Shown: positions 8,309 to 16,597 of the stretch, one piece after another
Numbering within the stretch: position 1 is the first letter of the stretch
Layout of the letters: each line of letters starts with the position of its first letter
Virus record (IMG/VR): IMGVR_UViG_3300008255_000273
Location: 1 to 35,777 of that record
Source: a virus
Lineage: Duplodnaviria; Caudoviricetes
DNA length: 35,777 bases
Reading direction: 5' to 3' (one strand)
Notes under the pieces: generated by a model
The model's input: the letters and a program-made list of their open reading frames with translations, nothing else
Database searches by the model: none
Told to the model about the DNA's origin: nothing
Program-made: the position numbers and the translations under genes

Positions 8309-8794
8309 TTATTGTGTATTAATATTATCTATTTCTTTAATTAGTTGTTTGATACTTACTGGAGTATAATCCCACAGTTCACAATTAACATTGATTAGTA
8401 AGCGACCATTCTTTTGTCTAGTTACTCTTTTAGCGTGTGGTAAGTGGATGTGTCCATGAATTACTCTTGAGTGAGAAGAGTCCTCAGGATTATGCACTAC
8501 TTCAAACCCTTTGCCAACAATGTTTATATAACAGGCTTGTAAGAACTCTTGTCGGTCATGATTACCATGCACCAGTATTTTATTACCGTTAAGTCTTTTG
8601 AATAATTTATTCTGTGTGGTTACTCCTCCAAAACAAAAATCTCCCACTATAAAGACCGTATCGTTCTCCTTAACCTTCTTATTCCATCGAGAGATTATCT
8701 CCTCCTCCATATGAGCAACATCTTTGAACGGTCGTTGTCCAAACGATATCACTCTCTTGTGTCGGAAGTGAGTGTCGGAGATAAAGAATATCAT
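8309..8794 (-). CDS. Calcineurin-like metallophosphoesterase
   Basis: SDTHF.H, VGDF, GNHD and HGHIH motifs. Confidence 0.9.
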   Translation of the reverse strand: MIFFISDTHFRHKRVISFGQRPFKDVAHMEEEIISRWNKKVKENDTVFIVGDFCFGGVTTQNKLFKRLNGNKILVHGNHDRQEFLQACYINIVGKGFEVVHNPEDSSHSRVIHGHIHLPHAKRVTRQKNGRLLINVNCELWDYTPVSIKQLIKEIDNINTQ

Positions 8795-9051
8795 TCTATA
8801 ACCTTCCCTTCTTTAGTGACTGTCAAGTCCATGTATATGTTATTGTGCTTGTCGTTGTTTACACAGAAGTATGTTCTTAACAAGTAATGGAGTTTTTCAA
8901 AGGCTTTCAACTCATCAATAATTTCGTTTCCTGAGTCTCCTATTTCTATTACCATTACACTCTCTAAAGAATCTTCATCATCTGGAGGACGTGTTACCAC
9001 GTAACCGTTACCAACTCTCTCAATATTTATGTTATAACTCATTTTATTCAT
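8791..9051 (-). CDS. Hypothetical protein
   Basis: 86-aa ORF, ATGA-coupled to the downstream gene. Confidence 0.6.
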   Translation of the reverse strand: MNKMSYNINIERVGNGYVVTRPPDDEDSLESVMVIEIGDSGNEIIDELKAFEKLHYLLRTYFCVNNDKHNNIYMDLTVTKEGKVIE

Positions 9052-9570
9052 CCTCCTTGTTCATATTTAATTAACTCACTTAAACTTTTTATCCTTTCTC
9101 CTTTCCATTCTTTATTCCAAGGTCTATCTAAACAAACGGGTATTCCTTGTTTATAGTTTTCAAGATTTCCTGTGTAGTCATCAACTAAAACATCACCTCT
9201 AATAAGGTCTTTGTTTTGAGTGAACATTAAATTATCATAAGGAACCTTCCATTTTTCTAACCAAGCAATAGTATACTTTTCAAGACCTACTGGTTGTTTA
9301 GTGACTATGTTTATTTCATGCTCTTTTTTAAGTTCATGTAATTGGTTTAACTGTTTTAAATAAGGTGATGCATCCTCATAAATTTCTTTAGGATATTTAA
9401 AATAAAACTTATTATAATCTTTTTCTATCAAAGGTAAATATTTTTTATAAGCGTATTCTATTATATCATCATGTACTACTTTACAATTTTCATCATAATA
9501 TTTTTTATACACATCTATACTTGATGTCATAAAATCCCTAATTACTCCATCAATATCTATTAATTATCAT
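9048..9570 (-). CDS. HAD-family 5'(3')-deoxyribonucleotidase with an out-of-frame or non-canonical start
   Basis: In-frame IDIDGVIRDF (motif I) lies upstream of the called ATG 9530, with IVTKQ, K...GDVLVDD and RPWN downstream. The RBS-associated ATG at 9570 is one base out of frame. Confidence 0.75.
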
Positions 9571-9572
9571 TC

Positions 9573-9755
9573 TTACCCCCCCTTACTCTGTTTTTTTATG
9601 TGTTTCTCCCAACCATCATCTTCAATATGCCATAATTCTCCGTCAAACATTAAACCATTGTTAATCATCATTTGACCAAAGCGTTGGTCAGGAGTTTTCA
9701 TCCACAACTCTTTTAAAGCGTTACAAATCCTTTCTATTCGTTTTTCATCTCTCAT
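9573..9755 (-). CDS. Conserved small phage protein (MRD.KRI...W...PD.RFGQ type)
   Basis: N-terminal pattern recognised from recall as common in phages. Confidence 0.65.
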   Translation of the reverse strand: MRDEKRIERICNALKELWMKTPDQRFGQMMINNGLMFDGELWHIEDDGWEKHIKKQSKGG

Positions 9756-10605
9756 TGTATTTCACCATTTTTAATAATATTTTTATATATTTTACAACCA
9801 GCAGATACTATTGCTTTCTTAACTATATCGTTAACTACTATTTCTCCCTCTGCTTCTCGTAACACATCAACTAGCATATCATTACCAAACTTTCCAGTAT
9901 TTTCTATTACTCTATCATGTTGAAACTTGTCTAACACATGTTGTGCTCTCATTGGGGTTACCCATTCCTCTGCTATTTCTCTTGCTTCTTCCAACACTTT
10001 TAATTTGGTTGGGTCTACTTCACGAGGAGTTTTTGTTTCCATAAATTCATTACGTTTGTGTTTTGTTATAACCCTATTTCCTCTATTATCAACATATTCT
10101 TCTAAAGGTTTTATAACAACTCCTTCTCTTATTTTATCAGTTCCACATCCTCGTCTCATCGCAACGATTGAAGGAGCATCTCTTTCTTCATTTAAAGATT
10201 CTAAGTCAGTGGATGTTTTCTTATAAGGAACAAACTCTAAACCTAATTTATTAGCAACATCTTCTGCGTTTGGTACATTTAACCAAGCACTTCCTATATT
10301 TACTTCAAATACTATAAATTGTGGTTCTTTACCATAAGTATTGCTCATTCTTTGTTCCTTTCCACCATAAGCTTCTCCGTAAACAATAACATCAATATTA
10401 TTAAATTCTTCTATAAACTTTTTTATTAGTTCTTGTTCATTAAAAATATTTATAAATGTTGTATGTGTCATACCTCCACCAAAATAAGAAAGTTTATTGT
10501 CTTTCCAAGTAAGTCGAGCACTTGTTCCATGTACTTTCTCCATTGCATAACATTCTTTAAAATTCTTAGGTCTTTATATAAATTATCTATGTGCATATAT
10601 CCCAT
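9752..10605 (-). CDS. Rnl2-like ATP-dependent RNA ligase; N-terminus joined by a -1 frame change
   Basis: Motif I EKVHGTS, VYGEAYG, FIVFEV, FVP, EGVVIKP, ITKHK. An upstream ATG at 10605 (AGGAG RBS) reads MGYMHIDNLYKDLRIL, and the -1 frame continues KECYAMEKVHG. Confidence 0.8.
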
Positions 10606-10624
10606 TTTATTATCTCTCCTTTGT

Positions 10625-10879
10625 TTATTTTAGTTTTCCGTACTTCTTATTAAGCACTGTTGTTCCAACGGTTCTTAAAGTGTAAAACACCGTGTTAGAG
10701 ACTATCCCTGCTTTCTGGTAATAATTATAAATATCTAGTACTCCGTCAATGAAGGTTTGATATTCAGTGTTTATCTTGTGATTATGGTATATTCTATCAA
10801 TATACTCAAAGGGTTTCTTATCCTCTGCTTTAGCCCAAGCAATGTGCTCCTCTTTTTTAATCTCTTCTTCAAGGGTCAT
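10625..10879 (-). CDS. Hypothetical protein
   Basis: 84-aa ORF in a co-oriented cluster. Confidence 0.6.
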   Translation of the reverse strand: MTLEEEIKKEEHIAWAKAEDKKPFEYIDRIYHNHKINTEYQTFIDGVLDIYNYYQKAGIVSNTVFYTLRTVGTTVLNKKYGKLK

Positions 10880-10890
10880 TTTCTAATCCT

Positions 10891-11139
10891 TTATTTTTGG
10901 TAAATGCTTTTTATCCGCTCGTAACAATCCATTCGAGAGTATTTAATGGGTTCTCCTAGAGGGTGTTTTTGAGTGTATATCACGTCTCCTTGACCGTTAA
11001 AGTATGCTTTCTTCGGACTGCTACCGAAAGAGTGTACTGGTCTATTATAAGCGAACTCGTGGTTTTCTAATAGTCGTTGTAGTATTGGCACGTTGTTGTC
11101 TTTGAGCTTGTTTAAAGCGTATAATAATGTCTCGTTCAT
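10891..11139 (-). CDS. Hypothetical protein
   Basis: 82-aa ORF with an AGGTGA RBS. Confidence 0.65.
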   Translation of the reverse strand: MNETLLYALNKLKDNNVPILQRLLENHEFAYNRPVHSFGSSPKKAYFNGQGDVIYTQKHPLGEPIKYSRMDCYERIKSIYQK

Positions 11140-11309
11140 TCTAAATCACCTATTCTTATTCTTTTAACAACTACTTCTTTGGTTATTTCTCGCCATCGAG
11201 CCCCGCAACGCTCACAATTATAAAAAGGGTCTATATCGTCACCACAAGTATAATTTATTGATTTACCGACGTATCCTAGGCTATTTTTATTACAATATGG
11301 ACATTTCAT
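11136..11309 (-). CDS. Small Zn-finger protein (57 aa, below the ORF-track cutoff)
   Basis: MKCPYC...YNCERCGARW; ATGA overlaps at both ends. Confidence 0.6.
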   Translation of the reverse strand: MKCPYCNKNSLGYVGKSINYTCGDDIDPFYNCERCGARWREITKEVVVKRIRIGDLE

Positions 11310-11583
11310 TCTTCATCCCTTGTTTTTTTAAAACATTCCCACTCGGAAGCGTATTTCGTTCTAAAACTTATTAGTTCTTGGAAATACTCATACTGTGCTT
11401 CGTCAATGACTATATCTCCTTCTTTCAACCATGCTTGTTCCATTTTATAACCTTCCATTATGAATAATCTTCTATTATGTTTTTTAATTCTTCTTTAGCA
11501 ATTTTTGATAACTGGTAATGTGAATATCTATTTAACCAATCATCAAGAGCTTCAATATCTGTTTTAAATTTGTGTGTCATTCT

Positions 11584-11781
11584 TCATCTACTCCAACAGT
11601 TCCAAGTAGATTCATTACTTTTTTCAACAAAAACCTCAGATAATGAGCCATCTTGAAAAGTACCAAAACCCAGCTCATAGATTCCTTTATCTGTTTTAAT
11701 TAAAAGACTAACATTATCCGAAATATCTATTATTTTATGTCCTATTAAATCTTTTAATTCCATTTCATCACATAGGTTCAT
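11584..11781 (-). CDS. Hypothetical protein
   Basis: 65-aa ORF with a GGTGA RBS. Confidence 0.6.
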   Translation of the reverse strand: MNLCDEMELKDLIGHKIIDISDNVSLLIKTDKGIYELGFGTFQDGSLSEVFVEKSNESTWNCWSR

Positions 11782-12143
11782 TCTTCATCACCTTCACGTT
11801 CTAAAACATCTAAAGGAATCATGGCAATAGTTCCTCTACTATCTTTAAAAAACATATAAGGTTCTCCCTCGATTGTTCTCATCATCACACACCGTCCATA
11901 ATACTTATGGTATTCGTTTAGATTCATTTTCATTCCACCAAATCACTATTGTAAAGGACCAAAATGCAACATCTCATAAAGAAAAACATTCTCACGATCA
12001 TATAATATCTCTAACTCTTCAAGCTGTAGTTTTAAAGCTTCAACTTTTCCTCGTTGTATATCAATCTGTTCTTGAGTGTAATCATATGTCATTGTAACTC
12101 CTTATAGTAGTTTACTAATCTACCTATATAAATGTTATGAATT

Positions 12144-12356
12144 TTAACTTCGCTTCTCACAGAATGTCTTATAATCAGCTATAAACATTTCGTTTAATTT
12201 TAATATATTACTATTATCTTCTTCACTAATCACTATTGCTAATCCACACTTAGGACAGTTGTAGTCTTTGAATGCGTTACACTCAGCTCCACAATCTTGA
12301 CAAGTTGTTATAAATCTACTCACTTGAATCACCCAGGATAACTCTTTTGAAATCAA
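12144..12356 (-). CDS. Zn-finger hypothetical protein
   Basis: CQDC...CPKC; true start uncertain. Confidence 0.5.
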   Translation of the reverse strand: MISKELSWVIQVSRFITTCQDCGAECNAFKDYNCPKCGLAIVISEEDNSNILKLNEMFIADYKTFCEKRS

Positions 12357-12573
12357 TATTACTTTCTGTAACTCCCAAGTCTACCTCAAAAGGAACATCA
12401 ATGTATAGTCTTCCAGCTTGTATTTTAACTTCATACTCTCCTAAACAGGTTTCTACTCCTTTAATTGTAGTAATTAAAGTTATTGTTTTTCCAGCGTGTT
12501 CCTGAACAACCTTCATAGGTATAAATAATCCGTTTGGTTGCATTCCCGCTACTAATAATATTATTTGTGTCAT
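12316..12573 (-). CDS. Hypothetical protein
   Basis: 85-aa ORF with a GGGAG RBS. Confidence 0.55.
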   Translation of the reverse strand: MTQIILLVAGMQPNGLFIPMKVVQEHAGKTITLITTIKGVETCLGEYEVKIQAGRLYIDVPFEVDLGVTESNIDFKRVILGDSSE

Positions 12574-12577
12574 TTTC

Positions 12578-12808
12578 TTATAAATTCTCCCAATAAGCTC
12601 TTCCGTTATGTAGTCCTCTACGACTACCTCCTCTAGGTTTAATACACTCTTTACAAATGCGAAATAAACCTTCCTCTCGTATAAAAGGTTTTTTGCAACG
12701 AATACATATACAATTTCCTTTTATTACCATGTTTCCACCTGATTGTTTATTTTTTAAAAATATACTTACCAATATCTCCTCTGCTACTTCCAGAACTTCT
12801 GTTCCCAT
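12578..12808 (-). CDS. Zn-finger hypothetical protein
   Basis: CIRC...CKEC; TATA upstream at about 12832-12839. Confidence 0.55.
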   Translation of the reverse strand: MGTEVLEVAEEILVSIFLKNKQSGGNMVIKGNCICIRCKKPFIREEGLFRICKECIKPRGGSRRGLHNGRAYWENL

Positions 12809-12876
12809 GTATATTGTATATATTATCTAGTATATAAATATTATTGTATTATAAACTATAGTTTGCAATATATAGT

Positions 12877-13491
12877 TTAATCCTCAACCTTCCCATATAT
12901 CTCGTCTTCAGGAATGAAATCTGTATTAACATTAACATTTAAATTCTTATTCTCTGTTTGTATTTTTTGAGGAGTTAATATTCGCTCCTTCTCATTCTTC
13001 AATTTCTCCCTAGTTTCTATCGCTTTTAAGAGCATTTCTCTGAACTCTTTACTGTAGTACCCTGGAGCCCCTTTGGTTTGAATCTCCTTGAATCTATTGA
13101 GTTCTAAGTCTACAATACCATCTCTGATAAGTTCGTCGTGTATATCAATAAGATTAATCTTCGATAACATAGTATAATTTTTTATTCTAGCTATAGTATC
13201 TTGCAAAGGAGCTCTACACTCTTTAGACCCTTCTTTGTAATACCCACACATTGCACGCTCTGTCTTGGTGATTTCTTTATCTCCAACACTTATCGTATAC
13301 TTCTTTTCTCGTAAAGGACACTTATCACAACCTCCTCTACGATATTCCTCTATCAGTTTAGAATGATTTCCATGTTTTAAATGAACTTCTGCTATCTTCA
13401 ACTTTCCCCTTTTAGTCCTAGGTCCCGTCTTTCTAGCTGTTGCTATATTAGGATTCCCGCCTGGTCTACCACTATTCTTATTTCCTGCCAT
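12877..13491 (-). CDS. Candidate terminase small subunit (HGGxSTG-like N-terminus, Cys cluster)
   Basis: GNKNSGRPGG...TGPRTKRGK...LKHGNHS. Lies directly downstream of an HNH gene and upstream of, and co-oriented with, TerL. Confidence 0.55.
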   Translation of the reverse strand: MAGNKNSGRPGGNPNIATARKTGPRTKRGKLKIAEVHLKHGNHSKLIEEYRRGGCDKCPLREKKYTISVGDKEITKTERAMCGYYKEGSKECRAPLQDTIARIKNYTMLSKINLIDIHDELIRDGIVDLELNRFKEIQTKGAPGYYSKEFREMLLKAIETREKLKNEKERILTPQKIQTENKNLNVNVNTDFIPEDEIYGKVED

Positions 13492-13588
13492 CTAAAGTCC
13501 TCGAATTCAAGGGATACAAGCTCTGTATCCAATATATAATTTTGATTATAATAGTTACCAATTTTACTCCTTTAAATACTTTTCGGTT

Positions 13589-13840
13589 TTACAATCCAAA
13601 CTTCTCAATCCACCACTGAATCATCTCACCTGCTTTCTCTGGGTGGTACACTATTGCGTGGTGTTCATAACACAACAACATTAAATTTTCAATAGAATTA
13701 TTGCTTGGGTCTTTGTCTATATGGTGTATTTGTAGTTTTCTAGGCTCTGATTCTCCACATATAGTACATTGCTTATCATATAAAAGAAAAATGAGGTTTT
13801 TAACCTCAGTTGGAATCTTTGGTCTCCGGTACATCTTCAA
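13589..13840 (-). CDS. HNH endonuclease
   Basis: CTICG...LQIHHIDKDPSNNSIENLMLLCYEHH. Confidence 0.9.
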   Translation of the reverse strand: MKMYRRPKIPTEVKNLIFLLYDKQCTICGESEPRKLQIHHIDKDPSNNSIENLMLLCYEHHAIVYHPEKAGEMIQWWIEKFGL

Positions 13841-14177
13841 TCACAGGTTCTGGGTCCTTAGAAATATACTCAACTGGTTCCTTAACCTTTACAGTCTCCT
13901 TAACCTTTACCTGTTCTTTAACTTTTGCAAGTTCTTCAACTACTTCCTTATCAGCTTCCTCAACAGCTTCCTCATCAGGCTCTTCAACGACTTCCTCAAC
14001 AGCTTCACATTCTTCCTCAGGCCAGTAAGTAATCATAACCACATGCTTGTTCCCATAAAAGTAACTCACATGGTCTATGGAACATCCAAGGTTTTCTAGC
14101 TCTTCCAACTTCCCATTAACCATTGTCTCAACAGTATCAAGGTTTTGATTCTCTAACAAAATAATTCTTTCTGCCAT
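13806..14177 (-). CDS. Hypothetical protein with an acidic low-complexity tail
   Basis: E/V-rich C-terminal half. The TATA at 14200-14207 abuts the called ATG 14198, so a leaderless start at ATG 14177 is more likely. Confidence 0.6.
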   Translation of the reverse strand: MAERIILLENQNLDTVETMVNGKLEELENLGCSIDHVSYFYGNKHVVMITYWPEEECEAVEEVVEEPDEEAVEEADKEVVEELAKVKEQVKVKETVKVKEPVEYISKDPEPVIEDVPETKDSN

Positions 14178-14286
14178 AACACTTTTTAATGACTCCATCT
14201 ATATAAACTTTGTGGTTGTTACCATTTTCTAAAAACCCTAGATATTGTGGAGATTACTATACTAATATAACTTTATACTCTGAAAA

Positions 14287-14563
14287 AAAAAGTAGACAAG
14301 CTAATTCCCTCGATTTAGAGGGTCTCATGTATATGTAATAGCGTTTTCTACTTTTCTAGTCTACTTTTTGAAAAAAGGACATATGTTAAAATGTGTATAT
14401 ATATATAAAAAATATAATTTTTTTATTTTTTTATTAGAAAATTAGAAACCCTCTCCTCACCCCCCTCAAACCCTCGTAAACCTACGAATTGATTCTACTT
14501 TTGACGATTAGACAGCAGTAGAAAGTAGACAGATTCTATAGAAATTCTATAGACGTCTATAGA
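14287..14563. repeat. Repeat-rich intergenic region at the strand switch (candidate origin and/or operator array)
   Basis: AAAGTAGA in both orientations (about 14288, 14347, 14360, 14494, 14522), an AT-only tract at about 14396-14435, and TCTATAGA palindromes at 14535, 14546 and 14556. Confidence 0.65.
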
Positions 14564-14612
14564 CCACAAGGTTTATATACTTGCAAATTGTTCTTTTATT
14601 GAGGTAAAAATC

Positions 14613-14840
14613 ATGAGAAATTTAGAAACAACCACCATAGTAATAAGTAAAGGATTAGCAGAATATATCAAAGCAAAAAAGAAATATTCCCAGGAATCTA
14701 TCAACAAAACCTTAGAAAGATTGTTACTTGTATATCGTGAGGAAGAAAAATTTGCACCCTTAGATGCTTTTGAAAGACTAAAATCTAAGGTTGAACAAAT
14801 GGAAACGGTTTTGCTAAAAGTGCTAGAACCTAAGAAATAG
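14613..14840 (+). CDS. Small ribbon-helix-helix-like DNA-binding protein
   Basis: TTTIVISKGLAEYIKAKKKYSQESINKTLERLL resembles archaeal RHH/antitoxin-like proteins; C-terminal coiled coil; TATA at 14572; GAGGT RBS. Confidence 0.6.
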   Translation: MRNLETTTIVISKGLAEYIKAKKKYSQESINKTLERLLLVYREEEKFAPLDAFERLKSKVEQMETVLLKVLEPKK

Positions 14841-14847
14841 ATTTTTA

Positions 14848-16500
14848 TTAGTTTTTGTGTTCTTTAAAAGTAATTACTCCTTTTTCTTCTGAAAATAATA
14901 TACCTTCAAATTCTGAGTAAACATTATAAGCCTGTGCCTTCTTGACTCCAAAGGTTGTTTGTAACTTTTCTAGGAATTCCATCTTAGGAAGTATCTTATA
15001 TACCTTTCCTATGTTGTTTATCTTCTGAGCGTATCTTTCACGTCTATTTTCAACTTTTGCTTCTTCCTTAATGTTACTCTGTACCCAGTTCATGATGCTC
15101 TTAAAACTCTTTTCTATGAATTGTAAGCTACGTTCAATATCTACAGGCTCTACTTTACTGCTTTTTCTTATTGCGGCATTGTATAATCCAATAACATTAA
15201 CCAAGCCGTTAAACCTTCCAAAGAAGGTGTACATTAAGTCTTTGTGTATTTCGTTGTCAAGTTCGTTGTCTACTTCATTAATAAACTCATGCATCTTTTC
15301 CTTAATCATCTTATGAATTTGTTTCACTTCAACAATCTCAAACTGTGTGTCTTTAAAGAAAATGTAAAAATCATATAATTTGTTTGCTAGAGACTCCATA
15401 TCTTTTTTTATATTATCATAGTGGTTGGGGGTTAACATACTGTTGTCAATTACTTTGTCTATCATACTAATACGAGTATCCTTATTAATTTTTCTCATAT
15501 AGTTAATTGCTCTTTGTTGTAATCCTGTGTTTACTAAGTGTTCCTGCATGTTCTCTATAGGGCGTGTTGCTCCTGTAATACATGCGTTGCATATTGTTGT
15601 AGTAGAGTGTCCATTCCATTTAATAAGTGTCTTTGTAATTGAACGTCCTTCCATACTTTGTAAAAGGATTTCTCTCTTGCTTTGTTTACCCTCAGAACTT
15701 CCTCCTTTAAACAAAAAACTACACTCCCTAAGAATTAATAAATCGTTGCTACTAAGTATTCCTTTAATAGGTTCTGCTTCTGTGTCTACTTGTCCATTGC
15801 TTTTAGAAGGGTAATGGTCTAGTAGTGTTTCCATGGTTTCTGTTCCTGACAGTTCCATGTAGGTTATTAGGTTTTTTGAACCGTAGTTCTTTTCTTTGTG
15901 TATTTCATTAATGTTGTCTGATAAGGCCATAAGGTAATCGAAGCCCCTATCCTTGCCGCTTCCGCTATCTTGCACGAGGAAGAAGTGTTGAAATAAATTA
16001 ACATTATTTCCTAAAACAATGTCATTCCTCTGTTTACTAAGCAAACTAAGCATAACGTAGAAAATACATTCTCCTACAACCTCGTTGTCGAAACTGTAAC
16101 GGTTATAAATTTGAATGAACTGCTCGTCTAAGTTGTAGAACTTTTTAATTGCTTCTGTTCGCTCTTGTAGTTTGGCTTCGTCAATAGCAATAATCTCTTT
16201 TTCCTCAGGTTTATAAATCTTCTTACAACGTGCTCCTACTCTATCCCAAACGGATGCTTCTGATAAATATTTGTTGTGTAACTCATTATCTTCCTCAGGA
16301 GCTACATAACCTTGCTTCTTATACAAGGCATCGTACTCTATATTATATATGTCATTTGCTTCTTTTAATAATTCTTCATAAGAACTTAATATAATGTCCT
16401 CAGGGAATTCCTTTTCCAATAAGGTAAAAAACATTAAAGATACTCTATTCTTACCTAACACTTCCTTTTTTGACACCATAAAGTTATTTGAGAGTTGCAT
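14848..16500 (-). CDS. MCM-like AAA+ ATPase (putative replicative helicase/initiator)
   Basis: Walker A QDSGSGKD, GILSSNDLLILRE (variant Walker B), LLQSMEGRSITK, GATRP, GLQQR, and a probable C-terminal winged helix. Start may be ATG 16479. Confidence 0.6.
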   Translation of the reverse strand: MQLSNNFMVSKKEVLGKNRVSLMFFTLLEKEFPEDIILSSYEELLKEANDIYNIEYDALYKKQGYVAPEEDNELHNKYLSEASVWDRVGARCKKIYKPEEKEIIAIDEAKLQERTEAIKKFYNLDEQFIQIYNRYSFDNEVVGECIFYVMLSLLSKQRNDIVLGNNVNLFQHFFLVQDSGSGKDRGFDYLMALSDNINEIHKEKNYGSKNLITYMELSGTETMETLLDHYPSKSNGQVDTEAEPIKGILSSNDLLILRECSFLFKGGSSEGKQSKREILLQSMEGRSITKTLIKWNGHSTTTICNACITGATRPIENMQEHLVNTGLQQRAINYMRKINKDTRISMIDKVIDNSMLTPNHYDNIKKDMESLANKLYDFYIFFKDTQFEIVEVKQIHKMIKEKMHEFINEVDNELDNEIHKDLMYTFFGRFNGLVNVIGLYNAAIRKSSKVEPVDIERSLQFIEKSFKSIMNWVQSNIKEEAKVENRRERYAQKINNIGKVYKILPKMEFLEKLQTTFGVKKAQAYNVYSEFEGILFSEEKGVITFKEHKN

Positions 16501-16597
16501 TATTTATAAACCTTTTGTTTGTGTGAAGAAATAATTTAGATATATATGGTGTATTACACAAATCTTTATATACTTGTACTGTTTAATATATGGTAAA

